Virus record (IMG/VR): IMGVR_UViG_3300029945_000001
Span: 124,001-188,000 of that record
Length of the DNA stretch: 64,000 nucleotides
Strand: one strand, 5' to 3'
In this document: positions 17,850-28,105 of the stretch, piece by piece
Numbering within the stretch: the stretch's first letter is position 1
Layout of the letters: each line of letters begins with the position of its first letter
Notes under the pieces: generated by a model
The model's database searches: none
What the model was told of the DNA's origin: nothing
The model's input: only the letters and a program-made list of their open reading frames with translations
Translations under genes and position numbers: made by a program

Positions 17850-18827
17850 ATGGCTATCAATTCAGTTTGGGCCGGCACCGAGTCCTTCGGTACTGCCGTT
17901 AAGTCGATCAGTGCGATCGACGCTACCATCAATATGCTCGGCAACACTTCCTGTGACATGTCTTCGGCTTTCGCCATGGAGTCGCTGAGCTCACAGATCG
18001 ACGTGATGAAGCATGCCTATGGGCAGATCAAGGCCGGCAAGTCAATCGGTGGCATGGAAACTCTTTATCCGAACGTCTTCGGCAGCGTCGCCGGCCTGGA
18101 ATCTGGTGCGTTCAACAAGGCCGCTGCCCTGGAAGGCCTTGGCGAGAAGATCAAGGAGACGGCCTCTCGTTGGTGGCAGGCTGCCAAGGAACATGTGGTC
18201 AAGTACAAGAAGTGGTACATCGGCGCCGCCATTGCCATTGCCACTACCGCCGCTGTCATCGCCGGATTCAAGACCGAAACTGGCCGCAACGTTGCGACCT
18301 GGGTTGGCAAGAAGGCCGTCAAGATCCCCGGCGTCCAGGCCGTCAAGAATTGGCTGGAGTGCATTCGTCGTTCGCGTGCTGAGCTGAATCGTGCTGCCGC
18401 CCTGGCCAAGGACAATCCTGCTGCCGCCAAGACCTGTGCCGAGAACGCCAGCAAGATCATCGCCGGCGAAAAGATGGAACTGACTCAGGTCCATCTGGAT
18501 GCTGCCGCTGCTCAGAAAGAGCTGATCGATTACAAAGCTGCCACCATTGCGGCCGCCAAAGAATCGAACTTCGCCAAGGCCGATATCGCCAAGATCGAAG
18601 CGCTCTGCGACAAGAACATCAATGCCAAGGACCCCGGCGCCAACGCCACCGCCGCTCGTGGTGCTTGGAACATGATCCTGGCTGTTCTGAAGAGCTTCGG
18701 TCATCTGATCGTCTCCGGCTTCGCCAAGGTCAGCGGTGCTGCCAAGTGGTTGTGGAGCCAGCTGTCCAGCAAGGAAGCTCGTGCCGAGACCAAGGGCAAG
18801 ATCGCTGGCGCGGCGGCCAGTGCTTAA
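17850..18827 (+). CDS. Putative abundant internal head protein (paralogue 1)
   Basis: AAGGA RBS at the 17850 start; GTE/AME/GME/GLE/ALE motifs; GC3-rich codons. Confidence 0.75.
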   Translation: MAINSVWAGTESFGTAVKSISAIDATINMLGNTSCDMSSAFAMESLSSQIDVMKHAYGQIKAGKSIGGMETLYPNVFGSVAGLESGAFNKAAALEGLGEKIKETASRWWQAAKEHVVKYKKWYIGAAIAIATTAAVIAGFKTETGRNVATWVGKKAVKIPGVQAVKNWLECIRRSRAELNRAAALAKDNPAAAKTCAENASKIIAGEKMELTQVHLDAAAAQKELIDYKAATIAAAKESNFAKADIAKIEALCDKNINAKDPGANATAARGAWNMILAVLKSFGHLIVSGFAKVSGAAKWLWSQLSSKEARAETKGKIAGAAASA

Positions 18828-18908
18828 GTCATAAGGCCGGCATTTTCGAAGAGAGACTGGAGGGGTAAAACCCTCTAGTCTTCCTTTTTAAAGAAAGGAT
18901 ATAAGTAA

Positions 18909-19916
18909 ATGTCAATTGGATCTATATGGGCTGGAGTTGAGAGTATTTCTCATACTCCAAATGTAAGTACTATCGATGTTGCTGTTAATCTATTAGATAA
19001 TTCATATATGGATCTTACGAATATTATTGCTATTGAGCATCTTGAAGATAATATTTCAGTTTTACAGAATGCTTCTAAAGCTATTAAAGATGGTAAATAT
19101 GTTTCTGGCATGGAATCTTATCTCCCTACTCATCTTTCTCGTAAGTTATTTGCTTTAGAAAATTATTCTGATACTGTAAAGGATCAGTCTATTGCCGAAG
19201 TAGATGGTGCTATTGAAGGATTTGTTGAGAAAGTTTGGGAACATCTTAAAATATTTGCTAAAGCCTTTAAAGAACATATCTTATTAGGTATCACATCAAT
19301 GCTTGTGGCTAGAACTGCTATTGCTGCAATGACCAATGGTTTGACTTCTAACAAATTTAATCCTACCTTAATTGGAACAGCCGTCGGGGCCGCTCTTGTA
19401 TTGCGTATAGTATCTGGTATCTATTTCTTTGTTGGTATCTTTAGACTCTTTAAACACTATAGTACCAAAACCAACGAAGCTATTGACAATGCTGAAAAAG
19501 ATCCTGGTAGTTATGATACTGAAATGGATAATCTTATTAATAATTTTGATAATGCTAAAAAATCTAAACCTACTGGTGGTACTAAAGATATTAAAACAGC
19601 TATGAAGGATGCTGAGAAGGTTGTAGATGAATCTAAAAATAATATGGAAATGATTAATAGTTTAGTTAAAAAGGTTGAAGTTAGAGTGTCTAATCTTGAG
19701 GCTAAGAAAAGTATAGAAGATACCGAAAAACAATCCAAGATCCGTAAAGTATATCAGAAGATCTTAGGGTTTTTAAATAAGCTTTATGAATTCTGTAAGT
19801 CTGGTGTTGTTAAGTCTTATAATTTTGTAAAATCTGTTTATAATAAAGTTATGGGAAAAGATGCAAATAAGAGTACTACAGATAAAGGCGATGTAGCTAT
19901 CAAAAAGCTTGATTAA
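18909..19916 (+). CDS. Putative internal head protein (paralogue 2)
   Basis: N-terminus SIWAGVES; AIE/GME/ALE motifs; central hydrophobic segment. Confidence 0.72.
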   Translation: MSIGSIWAGVESISHTPNVSTIDVAVNLLDNSYMDLTNIIAIEHLEDNISVLQNASKAIKDGKYVSGMESYLPTHLSRKLFALENYSDTVKDQSIAEVDGAIEGFVEKVWEHLKIFAKAFKEHILLGITSMLVARTAIAAMTNGLTSNKFNPTLIGTAVGAALVLRIVSGIYFFVGIFRLFKHYSTKTNEAIDNAEKDPGSYDTEMDNLINNFDNAKKSKPTGGTKDIKTAMKDAEKVVDESKNNMEMINSLVKKVEVRVSNLEAKKSIEDTEKQSKIRKVYQKILGFLNKLYEFCKSGVVKSYNFVKSVYNKVMGKDANKSTTDKGDVAIKKLD

Positions 19917-20019
19917 TGTGTGACATGATAGATAGCCCATTATGGGCTATCTATCAGTTAACTTATCTTAATAAAATACTATAGATGTTTCTTCTGAATT
20001 CCGAAGGGGAGTCTAGATT

Positions 20020-21021
20020 GTGACATTATCTTCCGTCTGGGGAGGCTTGGAAGATCTAAGTCTCCCGGTAAAACGAATCAGTACACTCGAAGTTAATCTT
20101 AATCTACTTGAAGATATGAATATAGATAAAACTTCTCTTGTTGCTTTTGAACATCTTGAACGACAGATCGTGACATTAAGAAATATGAGACATGCCTTAG
20201 AGAATAATACATTTAATGAAAGTATGATTTCGTTCTTAGATCCTAGTGTTTTAACTAGGGTTCCTTCTTTAGAAAACTTTGCTATTTATAATAAAGATGA
20301 TATTTATAAAACTGTTCATAGTGCACTAGAATCTATGTCAAATCAGTCTTCAGGATTGTTAACCAGATTTTTTGATCCATTCGCTAAAGTTGTTTCTACG
20401 GCTTCTGGTGTTATGGGTGGATTATCTGGCGTGATTATTAGTTATGGTGTTAAAGCTTTAGGATTTAGTCCACAGTTTGCTGCTATTTCGTCTGCTATAT
20501 CTGTGGCTTCTATGGTTGTTAATGGTGTTAATATTGCTAGACAAGTTTCTAATTATGTTGGTATGGCACAAGATGCTGCTGCTACAGTAGATACCGATCC
20601 TGAAGCTGCTGAAGCTAAGATAGCTAAAATCGAAAATAATATGAATGGTGTAGATGAGGCAAATAAGGGCAAGAAAGAGTTAAAGAACGGATCTGAAGTT
20701 AGTTCTTCTGTTCGTTCGGCTCAGGATGCTACCAAAGCTGCTAAATCTACAACAGACAAAATCAAGGATGTTGCTTCTAATGTCGAATCGCAGTTAAAGA
20801 AAGTTGATGATGGCGATGGTAAAGATAAAGATAAGAAGAGAAGTTTATTTAAACGTATTTTAAATATCTTAGAGAATGCATTTAAAAAGGTTAAAGGTGT
20901 TTTTGCTAGTGCTGGTAGATTTGTGTTAAAGATGTATAATTGGGTTAAGTCTAAAGTGACGAAGAGTAATCTTTCTCCTGAAGATCAGACTGTTGAAGCT
21001 AAAATAGACAGTATTAAATAA
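20020..21021 (+). CDS. Putative internal head protein (paralogue 3)
   Basis: N-terminus SVWGGLED; AFE/ALE/SLE motifs; central hydrophobic segment. Confidence 0.72.
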   Translation: MTLSSVWGGLEDLSLPVKRISTLEVNLNLLEDMNIDKTSLVAFEHLERQIVTLRNMRHALENNTFNESMISFLDPSVLTRVPSLENFAIYNKDDIYKTVHSALESMSNQSSGLLTRFFDPFAKVVSTASGVMGGLSGVIISYGVKALGFSPQFAAISSAISVASMVVNGVNIARQVSNYVGMAQDAAATVDTDPEAAEAKIAKIENNMNGVDEANKGKKELKNGSEVSSSVRSAQDATKAAKSTTDKIKDVASNVESQLKKVDDGDGKDKDKKRSLFKRILNILENAFKKVKGVFASAGRFVLKMYNWVKSKVTKSNLSPEDQTVEAKIDSIK

Positions 21022-21061
21022 GTTATAGATAATAGGTTATTATTCTCCGAAGCTAGCTGTG

Positions 21062-21093
21062 TGCAGAGAGGAGCCATATGGCTCCTCTCTGCA
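21062..21093. terminator. Perfect 32-bp palindrome between convergent genes
   Basis: TGCAGAGAGGAGCCATATGGCTCCTCTCTGCA. Confidence 0.8.
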
Positions 21094-21108
21094 TATCGCT
21101 TATATATT

Positions 21109-23667
21109 TTACAATCTATCAATTTTAACATGTTCATTATAAACTTCAGGTACTAAAATATTAGTATCATTTAAAACAATAACATTAGAATTCGAAATAC
21201 CATCACTAACAATAGCATGATGATTGATCATAAACAATTGACCAACAATGTGTTCATCTATGATAGTGTTTAATAATGTTAATAACTTTTGTTTATGATA
21301 AACATCTAAAGGCCTATCTATCTCATCGAGATATAAAGGAAATGTACTAAGCTCTAACTTAACAGCTAATCCTAATATAAAACAAAGATCTAATATAGCT
21401 TTTTGTCCATCAGAACAATTACCAATCTCATTAGGTTCATCTTGATCACCAATATTAATATACAAAACATAATCTAACGGATCATTCATATCAATTACTT
21501 TAAACTCTAAGGGATATGCTGAAATATACTGAATAAAGAAATTAGCATTTTCCAAAACACCATTTATAAAATCAACAGTATACTCGTGCGGTATACCCAT
21601 ATTAGGAGAAAGTATCTTTTCAAATTCAATATATAAAGCTTTTCTTTCTTCAATCTTACTGATTGAAACTAATATCTCTTCTGAGTATCGTGCATTGATA
21701 TTTTCTTGTTTACTAATAATACTACTAATTTCACCTAATCTTTGAACATTATTATTTTTTCTTTCTATTTCAAACTCTAATAATTTTTTGTTTAACAATA
21801 TTTCAAATTCGAGAGTAGTATTTCTTTCATAAGTTTTTATAAGATCTTTTGAAGTCTCTATAAAGTTCATAATTTCTTTATATTTCTGTATTAATAATAG
21901 TTCTTCTTTCTTATTTGATATTTCAGTATTGAGTTTAAAAAATATGTTTTTGTTCTCTTGTATCTTCATAGATTTCTCTATTGATAACTTTTCCATAAAT
22001 TCAATACTAATAGATTTAGATTGTTCTATTTTTAGTTTTAAGTCAAGTGTCTCATTATATTCTTTTTCTATTTTCTTAAATTCATAATAATGTTTAGAAT
22101 TTAAGAAATGGTTATATATTTTACTAGTAATGATTAGTGGATTTGTATTTAAAACTTCTTTAATATTGACATCTTGTATAGTAGTACGTAAGTATCTATA
22201 TTCGTTCAGATAGTTCATGACAGACTTAATATTTTCAAATACTATTTCCATGTTTCTAATCTTAATGTTAAGATGAACTAAGTAGTTTTTAAGTCTATTT
22301 AATCTATGATTAAATATATGCATATCTTTTATGTTTTTATCATCTTGAACTTTATATTCATCATAAGACGTCATATACATTTTAAAGAGTTGACAACCAG
22401 ATAATTTACAGTCTTGTGGTATTCCTATTTCATATCTCTGCATTCTTTCTTTAAGATAATTTTCTTTTTCTAAACATTGAATAAGCTTAGAACTATAAGA
22501 AGCAGATTTCAAAGACCATTTGTCTAGTTTTTGTTTATATCTAAGAATATCTACATTTGTAAACAACGGACCTTTGTATTCAATGAAATATTGAAGATGA
22601 TTTTCTAGTATATCGATATGATCTTGTGTAAATTCTAATAAGTCTTCAGAAATAGGATTTTCTATAGTTTTATAATTCTTTAATAAATCAAATCTGCCTT
22701 TTAAATAAACAAGTTTATCTTCAGTATCGATAATGAGTGTAGTGTCTTCATGTTCTTTTATATATGTCTGACATTGTTCATAATCTTTAACAAGTTCCAT
22801 TAAATCTTGTTCTAAAGTTTCTTTCTGTGTCGTTAGTTTATTAATATTCATATTTGTATCGGTTTCTAATATATTGATATCTACATTAATAAATTGTTTA
22901 AATTCAGAAAACCATTTTCTATATGACAGTAGTCTTTTATTAAGAGAGTTCAAGTCTATAGTACCAATATTGATATTATTCTTTTCTTTAATGTACTCAT
23001 CTATTTTAGATTCTAATCTAGCAATAGTTGTAATTTGATTTGGAATATCATTAACAAGTTGTTTATTCTCTTCTATTAAACTATTATAAATCTCTTCAGA
23101 TAACAATTGTTGTTCTAATGCATTTTTCCTAGAATATAAAGATGATAGATTATTCTGACAAGATCTTATTTGACCGGTTACTTTTTTATAATAGTCAAAA
23201 ATGAATTTTAGATTACATGGATTTATGATCATTAGAAATGTTTTTAAATTACCGGGAGCCATGCCGCTTACTTTATAATTTAGATAACATAAATCATGTA
23301 CATTTTTAGAATAACCAAAATATTGTTCTACTAACTCTTCTTGGATACTCGTATTCCCACTTTCATTTAATTCTTCATCTGTACTAATTTTATAGAAAGA
23401 ATGAGGAGATGTCTTTTTCTTATAGTCTGATGTTAAAATGTAATCTTCTCCATGGTCATCGGTAGCATATATTTTTCTATATCCATCTTCATAATAATTT
23501 GTTTTTACAGACGGTCTTAAGTTACATTCTTTTAACAATGATGTTTTACCATGACCATTTGGACTAATAATAATTTGAACTAATTCTTCAAATGTAATAT
23601 CAAGTGTTTCAATTCCAGTAAATCTAAACATAATTAACTTATGTATTATAAGTCTTGTTATTTTCAT
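21109..23667 (-). CDS. sbcC: SbcC/Rad50-like ATPase
   Basis: PNGHGKTS Walker A, long coiled coil with a central C-x4-C hook-like motif, SDGQ signature, YLDE Walker B. Confidence 0.9.
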   Translation of the reverse strand: MKITRLIIHKLIMFRFTGIETLDITFEELVQIIISPNGHGKTSLLKECNLRPSVKTNYYEDGYRKIYATDDHGEDYILTSDYKKKTSPHSFYKISTDEELNESGNTSIQEELVEQYFGYSKNVHDLCYLNYKVSGMAPGNLKTFLMIINPCNLKFIFDYYKKVTGQIRSCQNNLSSLYSRKNALEQQLLSEEIYNSLIEENKQLVNDIPNQITTIARLESKIDEYIKEKNNINIGTIDLNSLNKRLLSYRKWFSEFKQFINVDINILETDTNMNINKLTTQKETLEQDLMELVKDYEQCQTYIKEHEDTTLIIDTEDKLVYLKGRFDLLKNYKTIENPISEDLLEFTQDHIDILENHLQYFIEYKGPLFTNVDILRYKQKLDKWSLKSASYSSKLIQCLEKENYLKERMQRYEIGIPQDCKLSGCQLFKMYMTSYDEYKVQDDKNIKDMHIFNHRLNRLKNYLVHLNIKIRNMEIVFENIKSVMNYLNEYRYLRTTIQDVNIKEVLNTNPLIITSKIYNHFLNSKHYYEFKKIEKEYNETLDLKLKIEQSKSISIEFMEKLSIEKSMKIQENKNIFFKLNTEISNKKEELLLIQKYKEIMNFIETSKDLIKTYERNTTLEFEILLNKKLLEFEIERKNNNVQRLGEISSIISKQENINARYSEEILVSISKIEERKALYIEFEKILSPNMGIPHEYTVDFINGVLENANFFIQYISAYPLEFKVIDMNDPLDYVLYINIGDQDEPNEIGNCSDGQKAILDLCFILGLAVKLELSTFPLYLDEIDRPLDVYHKQKLLTLLNTIIDEHIVGQLFMINHHAIVSDGISNSNVIVLNDTNILVPEVYNEHVKIDRL

Positions 23668-23784
23668 AACAAACCTTTCTTTGAAAGGAAGTTATAAAAT
23701 GAACCTATTTATTAATATGTAACTTTTATTAAAATACTTAATTTCTTTATTTTATAAGAATGTTCCAAAAATGGGTGATGTTAC

Positions 23785-23797
23785 AAATATATATTAC
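23785..23797 (+). promoter_or_regulatory. Early promoter motif AAATATATATTAC
   Basis: Recurrent motif. Confidence 0.65.
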
Positions 23798-23853
23798 TCA
23801 TAAGGAGCATTTCAACAGAAGTTCCTTTTTAGATATATCAATCGGAGTTAGAC

Positions 23854-24357
23854 ATGACTAAGACCGCTGAAGTTACCACCAAGGAAGTCACCATCAAGGA
23901 AGTCACCACCAAACCCCGTTATGTGGAGCTGGCTGAAAAGCTGACTGAGCTCGCCAAGGCTGGTGACAAGAGCACTGTCGTTGCCTGGGGTGCCGCCGCT
24001 CCCATCGTCGAAGCTGTGACCGGGACCGATGCCGGCATGTTCAAGCAGGTCAATGACACCATCGGCGACCTCTCGAATGCCGCTATCACCATGGCCGGCA
24101 CCGGACTTATTCCCAAGATCGAAGAAGCCAAGAAGGACGGTATCGATCCGTCTGAATTGACCTATCGTGCACGCATCGCCATTCCGGGCGGATCTGTTGC
24201 TGCGATCGTTCGTGCCGAATCGACCTCGCGCAATCCTCGCACTGGCGAAACGAAAGCTGTCTATGGCCGGGCAGCCGTCGAAGTCAACTTCGATGCCGCC
24301 ATCGACAAGGACAATGTGGCTTCATTCTCGAATCGTATCGCCACGCTCCTGGGTTAA
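23854..24357 (+). CDS. Probably highly expressed protein with an HU/IHF-like beta-arm (RNPRTGE)
   Basis: GC3-rich codons; SRNPRTGETK arm motif. Confidence 0.65.
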   Translation: MTKTAEVTTKEVTIKEVTTKPRYVELAEKLTELAKAGDKSTVVAWGAAAPIVEAVTGTDAGMFKQVNDTIGDLSNAAITMAGTGLIPKIEEAKKDGIDPSELTYRARIAIPGGSVAAIVRAESTSRNPRTGETKAVYGRAAVEVNFDAAIDKDNVASFSNRIATLLG

Positions 24358-24413
24358 GCCGACGTCATCGGCTTTGAACATACGAGGAGCCACTGGCTCC
24401 TCGTATGTCATTT

Positions 24414-25031
24414 TTAGTTTTTAGCTCGTACAGATTCTGCTAAGATAAGATCGTCTAAATATATCTTAATAAATGTATGGCCAATAGCAATAGCATCAGC
24501 TTCGTGTTCAGTTAGTAATTTGATAGGATTTGCTTTAGTATCTCTAATGATAATATCTTTATTATTAAGAACACAATACTGAACAGTATCTTTATCAGAT
24601 CCACCACTATTAGAAATACATTTCTTTACTTCTCTAGGAGCAATAGTTACAATATTCTTTTTAACGTGTTTGTGAGATAATCTACGAATAAGATGAATGA
24701 TCAATACAAGGACACTAAATGCATCAATGAATTTATGAGCAAATGCACCTTCACAACAAACGTAGTCTGGCCCATACATACTAAACATTTTATTTAAAGC
24801 AATTTCTAAACTAGAAAGAACAAAGTATCGTTCTCCGAATTCACTAATAACTAATTTATCTTCATCAGTTTTAGCTTTTAATAATGATTTTGCAGTTAAT
24901 GTTCCATAAGCATATACTGTTTCAGTGCCTTTCTTAATATTGTAATCGATGACACTCCATCCAAGATTTCTTAATCCAGGATCTATAGAGAAAATTCTAT
25001 AATTTACTTTTTCTGTCATCTTAATTATCAC
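24414..25031 (-). CDS. ruvC: RuvC-like Holliday junction resolvase
   Basis: SIDPG..NLG, E in CCEG, P.EVKK, HEADAIAIG. Confidence 0.88.
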   Translation of the reverse strand: MIIKMTEKVNYRIFSIDPGLRNLGWSVIDYNIKKGTETVYAYGTLTAKSLLKAKTDEDKLVISEFGERYFVLSSLEIALNKMFSMYGPDYVCCEGAFAHKFIDAFSVLVLIIHLIRRLSHKHVKKNIVTIAPREVKKCISNSGGSDKDTVQYCVLNNKDIIIRDTKANPIKLLTEHEADAIAIGHTFIKIYLDDLILAESVRAKN

Positions 25032-25087
25032 CCTAATAAATTTTAACCTAGCCCTATAAATATGTTTATCAAAAGAAAGGACAAACT

Positions 25088-25645
25088 ATGGCTTTTTCAA
25101 AATGGTTAGTTTTTAAACATCGTACAAAAGAAATTACGGGAGATATTGATTTATCGAATTATATAATTGGTAAACTCGATATCGATGAAAAAGAAGTTGA
25201 AACTATTAGTAGTTATATGAATGAACTTATTAAATATGGCGGTATTCCTTATGGTATTAATATGGAGTTTTTAATTAAAACTATTAGAAATACTTTTAAA
25301 TCTACACACATTCCGGCATATATTGTATCTTTATTTAGTGTTATGGTTGGTGAATTTGTTTTATTGAGTCTCATTCTACTACAGAAAATAGGATACATTA
25401 TTGGATTTACGAGATTAACATTTATTTCAGATAAAGTAGATAATTCATATAAGAAATTTAAATTTGGTGTATCTTTGAATTTATACATTTCTAGAACATA
25501 TTCTCATACAACAAGTATTATTGGTTTAGTAGTTTTTATTATATTTATTCCAGTATTTGTTATTAAAGATATCATAGACTTTATTCGTATGTTTATATAT
25601 GTTGAGAAAATTAAATATACACGTTTTTCCATGGAGGATCTGTAA
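25088..25645 (+). CDS. Hypothetical membrane protein
   Basis: Two hydrophobic segments. Confidence 0.7.
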   Translation: MAFSKWLVFKHRTKEITGDIDLSNYIIGKLDIDEKEVETISSYMNELIKYGGIPYGINMEFLIKTIRNTFKSTHIPAYIVSLFSVMVGEFVLLSLILLQKIGYIIGFTRLTFISDKVDNSYKKFKFGVSLNLYISRTYSHTTSIIGLVVFIIFIPVFVIKDIIDFIRMFIYVEKIKYTRFSMEDL

Positions 25646-28062
25646 TGGAGTTTTCATCATCTAAAATTATTAAAACAGAATATGTACGTATTATTAATGA
25701 GATTACTGATGTTTATACAAAACGTCACATCGTTGATTATAAAAAGAGTATTCTTATACAAGACCTTTATCCAAATTTAGATAAATATATGAAAGAAACT
25801 TATACTATTGATAAATATCTAAACGATCTTGTTAGTAGATTGGAAGGTAATATTTTTGTTGACTATGTCACTATTTATCATGAGTCAAAACGTATTCTTA
25901 TTTCTATAAATCCTGATGCTATTAAATACGGTGCCGCAAAAGCAAAAACCCTACATATGCAATATGTTACTGATTTGTATGGTAAAATTTCTAAAGCTAT
26001 TATTGATGGCGATGGTAAGATATTTACTGTATATGAATATATGAAAAATAAAGTTTTCAAGGATGTTCGTGAAGCATTAACAGATTGTCCCCCAACTAAG
26101 TATATCACATTTAAATGTTTTGATAAAGAGTTTAAATTGAATGTTGTCGAATATAAACTTATTAAAACAATTACTGAAGGTACTAGGGTAATATTCCAGT
26201 TTGAGAAATATAATGAAAAATCAACTGATGATGTAGCTAATTATGAACATACATTGAAACGCCTTTCGGATTTTATTATTTCTGCATATAATAAAAGAAA
26301 GACTAAACTGACAATTAAATCAGGATTGATAGTAGAACTATTGTTAGAGAAAGAAAAATTTGGTATTACTAAAGATATTATTAACTATATTAATGAAAAA
26401 TATGGTTATAGTCTTTTTAATATAAACGAAGCTACATGTATTGTTGTATTCACTAATAATAAGTTTAATAACACACAAGACAACGAGGTCTGCATGACAA
26501 CGATACAAGAATATACCGAAAATATTTGTAATGTGGCTCGTGAAAAAACTGAAGAATATATTCAAAACATTACTTCAGGTGATATTATTTCTGGTACTAC
26601 TTTTATTATGGAAAAAGATAATAACATTGATTTAAATAAAGTTATTAAACTCTTAAAAACTCTTACTATTTATGCTGAAAAGAAATTCTATCTTAATGAT
26701 ATTGCATATCCTATTGCTAGATATAATGTAAATTTTGATAAATCTGAAGAATGTATTGCGGGTACAAGATTTTACTTTAATTTTACTAAAGCAAATATTG
26801 ATGAAATTAATATGAATCAAAGAATTAAATATGAAGAAAATTTGAAGATTAAAGAAGCTATACATACACTTAAATCCGAAACAGATCATTTTAAACATAT
26901 TAAAATTACTAGTAATAAATATGTCTGCGATGAACTTTATAAACATAAACAATATATTGAAGAAGTATATAACTTTGTGACATTGTGGGGTGTGACTATA
27001 GATGGTGAACAACTAAGTATTACTTTTCATCGCTTTTGTTTACTGGCAAAAAAGCCGTATCGTGTTAAAATAATTTTACATAATGAGAAAGAAAAATTAA
27101 ATAAAAAATCTGAATATAAAACTACTGGTCGTGAAGGTACAGAAGGTGTTATTGAACATATCGTTCCAGATAGCTATGTACATGTTGATGAGAATGACCA
27201 CTATTCAAAGTTTAGAGACATTTGTAATCAGATTGTTCTTAAAGCTTGTAAAATTGGTGAAGATGTTGTTAATGATAGTAAATTTAATATTATACATACA
27301 AATGATATCCATGTCCAAACTACTGAACTTAGTTTTCTTAAAATAGATGATATTATTAAATATATTAAGAATAAATCTATTTATGTTGAGGAATATTTTA
27401 CTATAAACGATATTAAATATCCTATTCGTAAGTATGGTTTGAAGTATAGAAGTTATAGTAATGATTGTTTTATATTTAGTATTAGGGTAAAACCACCAGA
27501 ACTTATTGAGTGGTCAGAACATCATACATACTCTAACAATATTGATTTGAAAACAATACTTGGAACCTTGGTACTGAGAAAAGATATACCGAGCAAATGT
27601 AATACTAATGAAATCGTAATTAGTAATCCTTATATTGTTAAAGAACTAGTTAAACATCATAAGTATATTGAGAAGATTACTAATTGGAAGCTGATGAGCT
27701 ATATAGAGGATTGTGTTACATTTAAATACTTTGATGATTATGATAAAGTTGAGAAAAACACCAGTCCTACCATTAAAGTAGATTATACAGATAATCTTAT
27801 TAATTATAAAACTTATATTAAAGAATTCCGTAAAGATATGGATGCTGTTGCTTTTATTAATATACTTCTTCGTTCCAGTATATTTGTTTTAAATAATAAA
27901 CATATTGGTCAAGATTTTCATCAGTCTTCATACATTATTGATATTATTGGAGATGATGTATATGATAAATTAACTCCAGAAGTTAATGAAATCTTTAATA
28001 ACAATGATTATTATACTGGTGATATGGATGAAAATGGTATTCGTATTAAATTGAAGAAATAG
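25645..28062 (+). CDS. Large hypothetical protein with internally duplicated domains
   Basis: LNDIAYPIARY/INDIKYPIRKY and NKYVCDELYKHKQYIE/NPYIVKELVKHHKYIE repeats. Confidence 0.8.
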   Translation: MEFSSSKIIKTEYVRIINEITDVYTKRHIVDYKKSILIQDLYPNLDKYMKETYTIDKYLNDLVSRLEGNIFVDYVTIYHESKRILISINPDAIKYGAAKAKTLHMQYVTDLYGKISKAIIDGDGKIFTVYEYMKNKVFKDVREALTDCPPTKYITFKCFDKEFKLNVVEYKLIKTITEGTRVIFQFEKYNEKSTDDVANYEHTLKRLSDFIISAYNKRKTKLTIKSGLIVELLLEKEKFGITKDIINYINEKYGYSLFNINEATCIVVFTNNKFNNTQDNEVCMTTIQEYTENICNVAREKTEEYIQNITSGDIISGTTFIMEKDNNIDLNKVIKLLKTLTIYAEKKFYLNDIAYPIARYNVNFDKSEECIAGTRFYFNFTKANIDEINMNQRIKYEENLKIKEAIHTLKSETDHFKHIKITSNKYVCDELYKHKQYIEEVYNFVTLWGVTIDGEQLSITFHRFCLLAKKPYRVKIILHNEKEKLNKKSEYKTTGREGTEGVIEHIVPDSYVHVDENDHYSKFRDICNQIVLKACKIGEDVVNDSKFNIIHTNDIHVQTTELSFLKIDDIIKYIKNKSIYVEEYFTINDIKYPIRKYGLKYRSYSNDCFIFSIRVKPPELIEWSEHHTYSNNIDLKTILGTLVLRKDIPSKCNTNEIVISNPYIVKELVKHHKYIEKITNWKLMSYIEDCVTFKYFDDYDKVEKNTSPTIKVDYTDNLINYKTYIKEFRKDMDAVAFINILLRSSIFVLNNKHIGQDFHQSSYIIDIIGDDVYDKLTPEVNEIFNNNDYYTGDMDENGIRIKLKK

Positions 28063-28068
28063 ACAATT

Positions 28069-28104
28069 ATAAGGGGGTACGGGCAATTGCCCGTACCCCC
28101 TTAT
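28069..28104. terminator. Perfect 36-bp palindrome between convergent genes
   Basis: ATAAGGGGGTACGGGCAATTGCCCGTACCCCCTTAT. Confidence 0.8.
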
Positions 28105-28105
28105 T

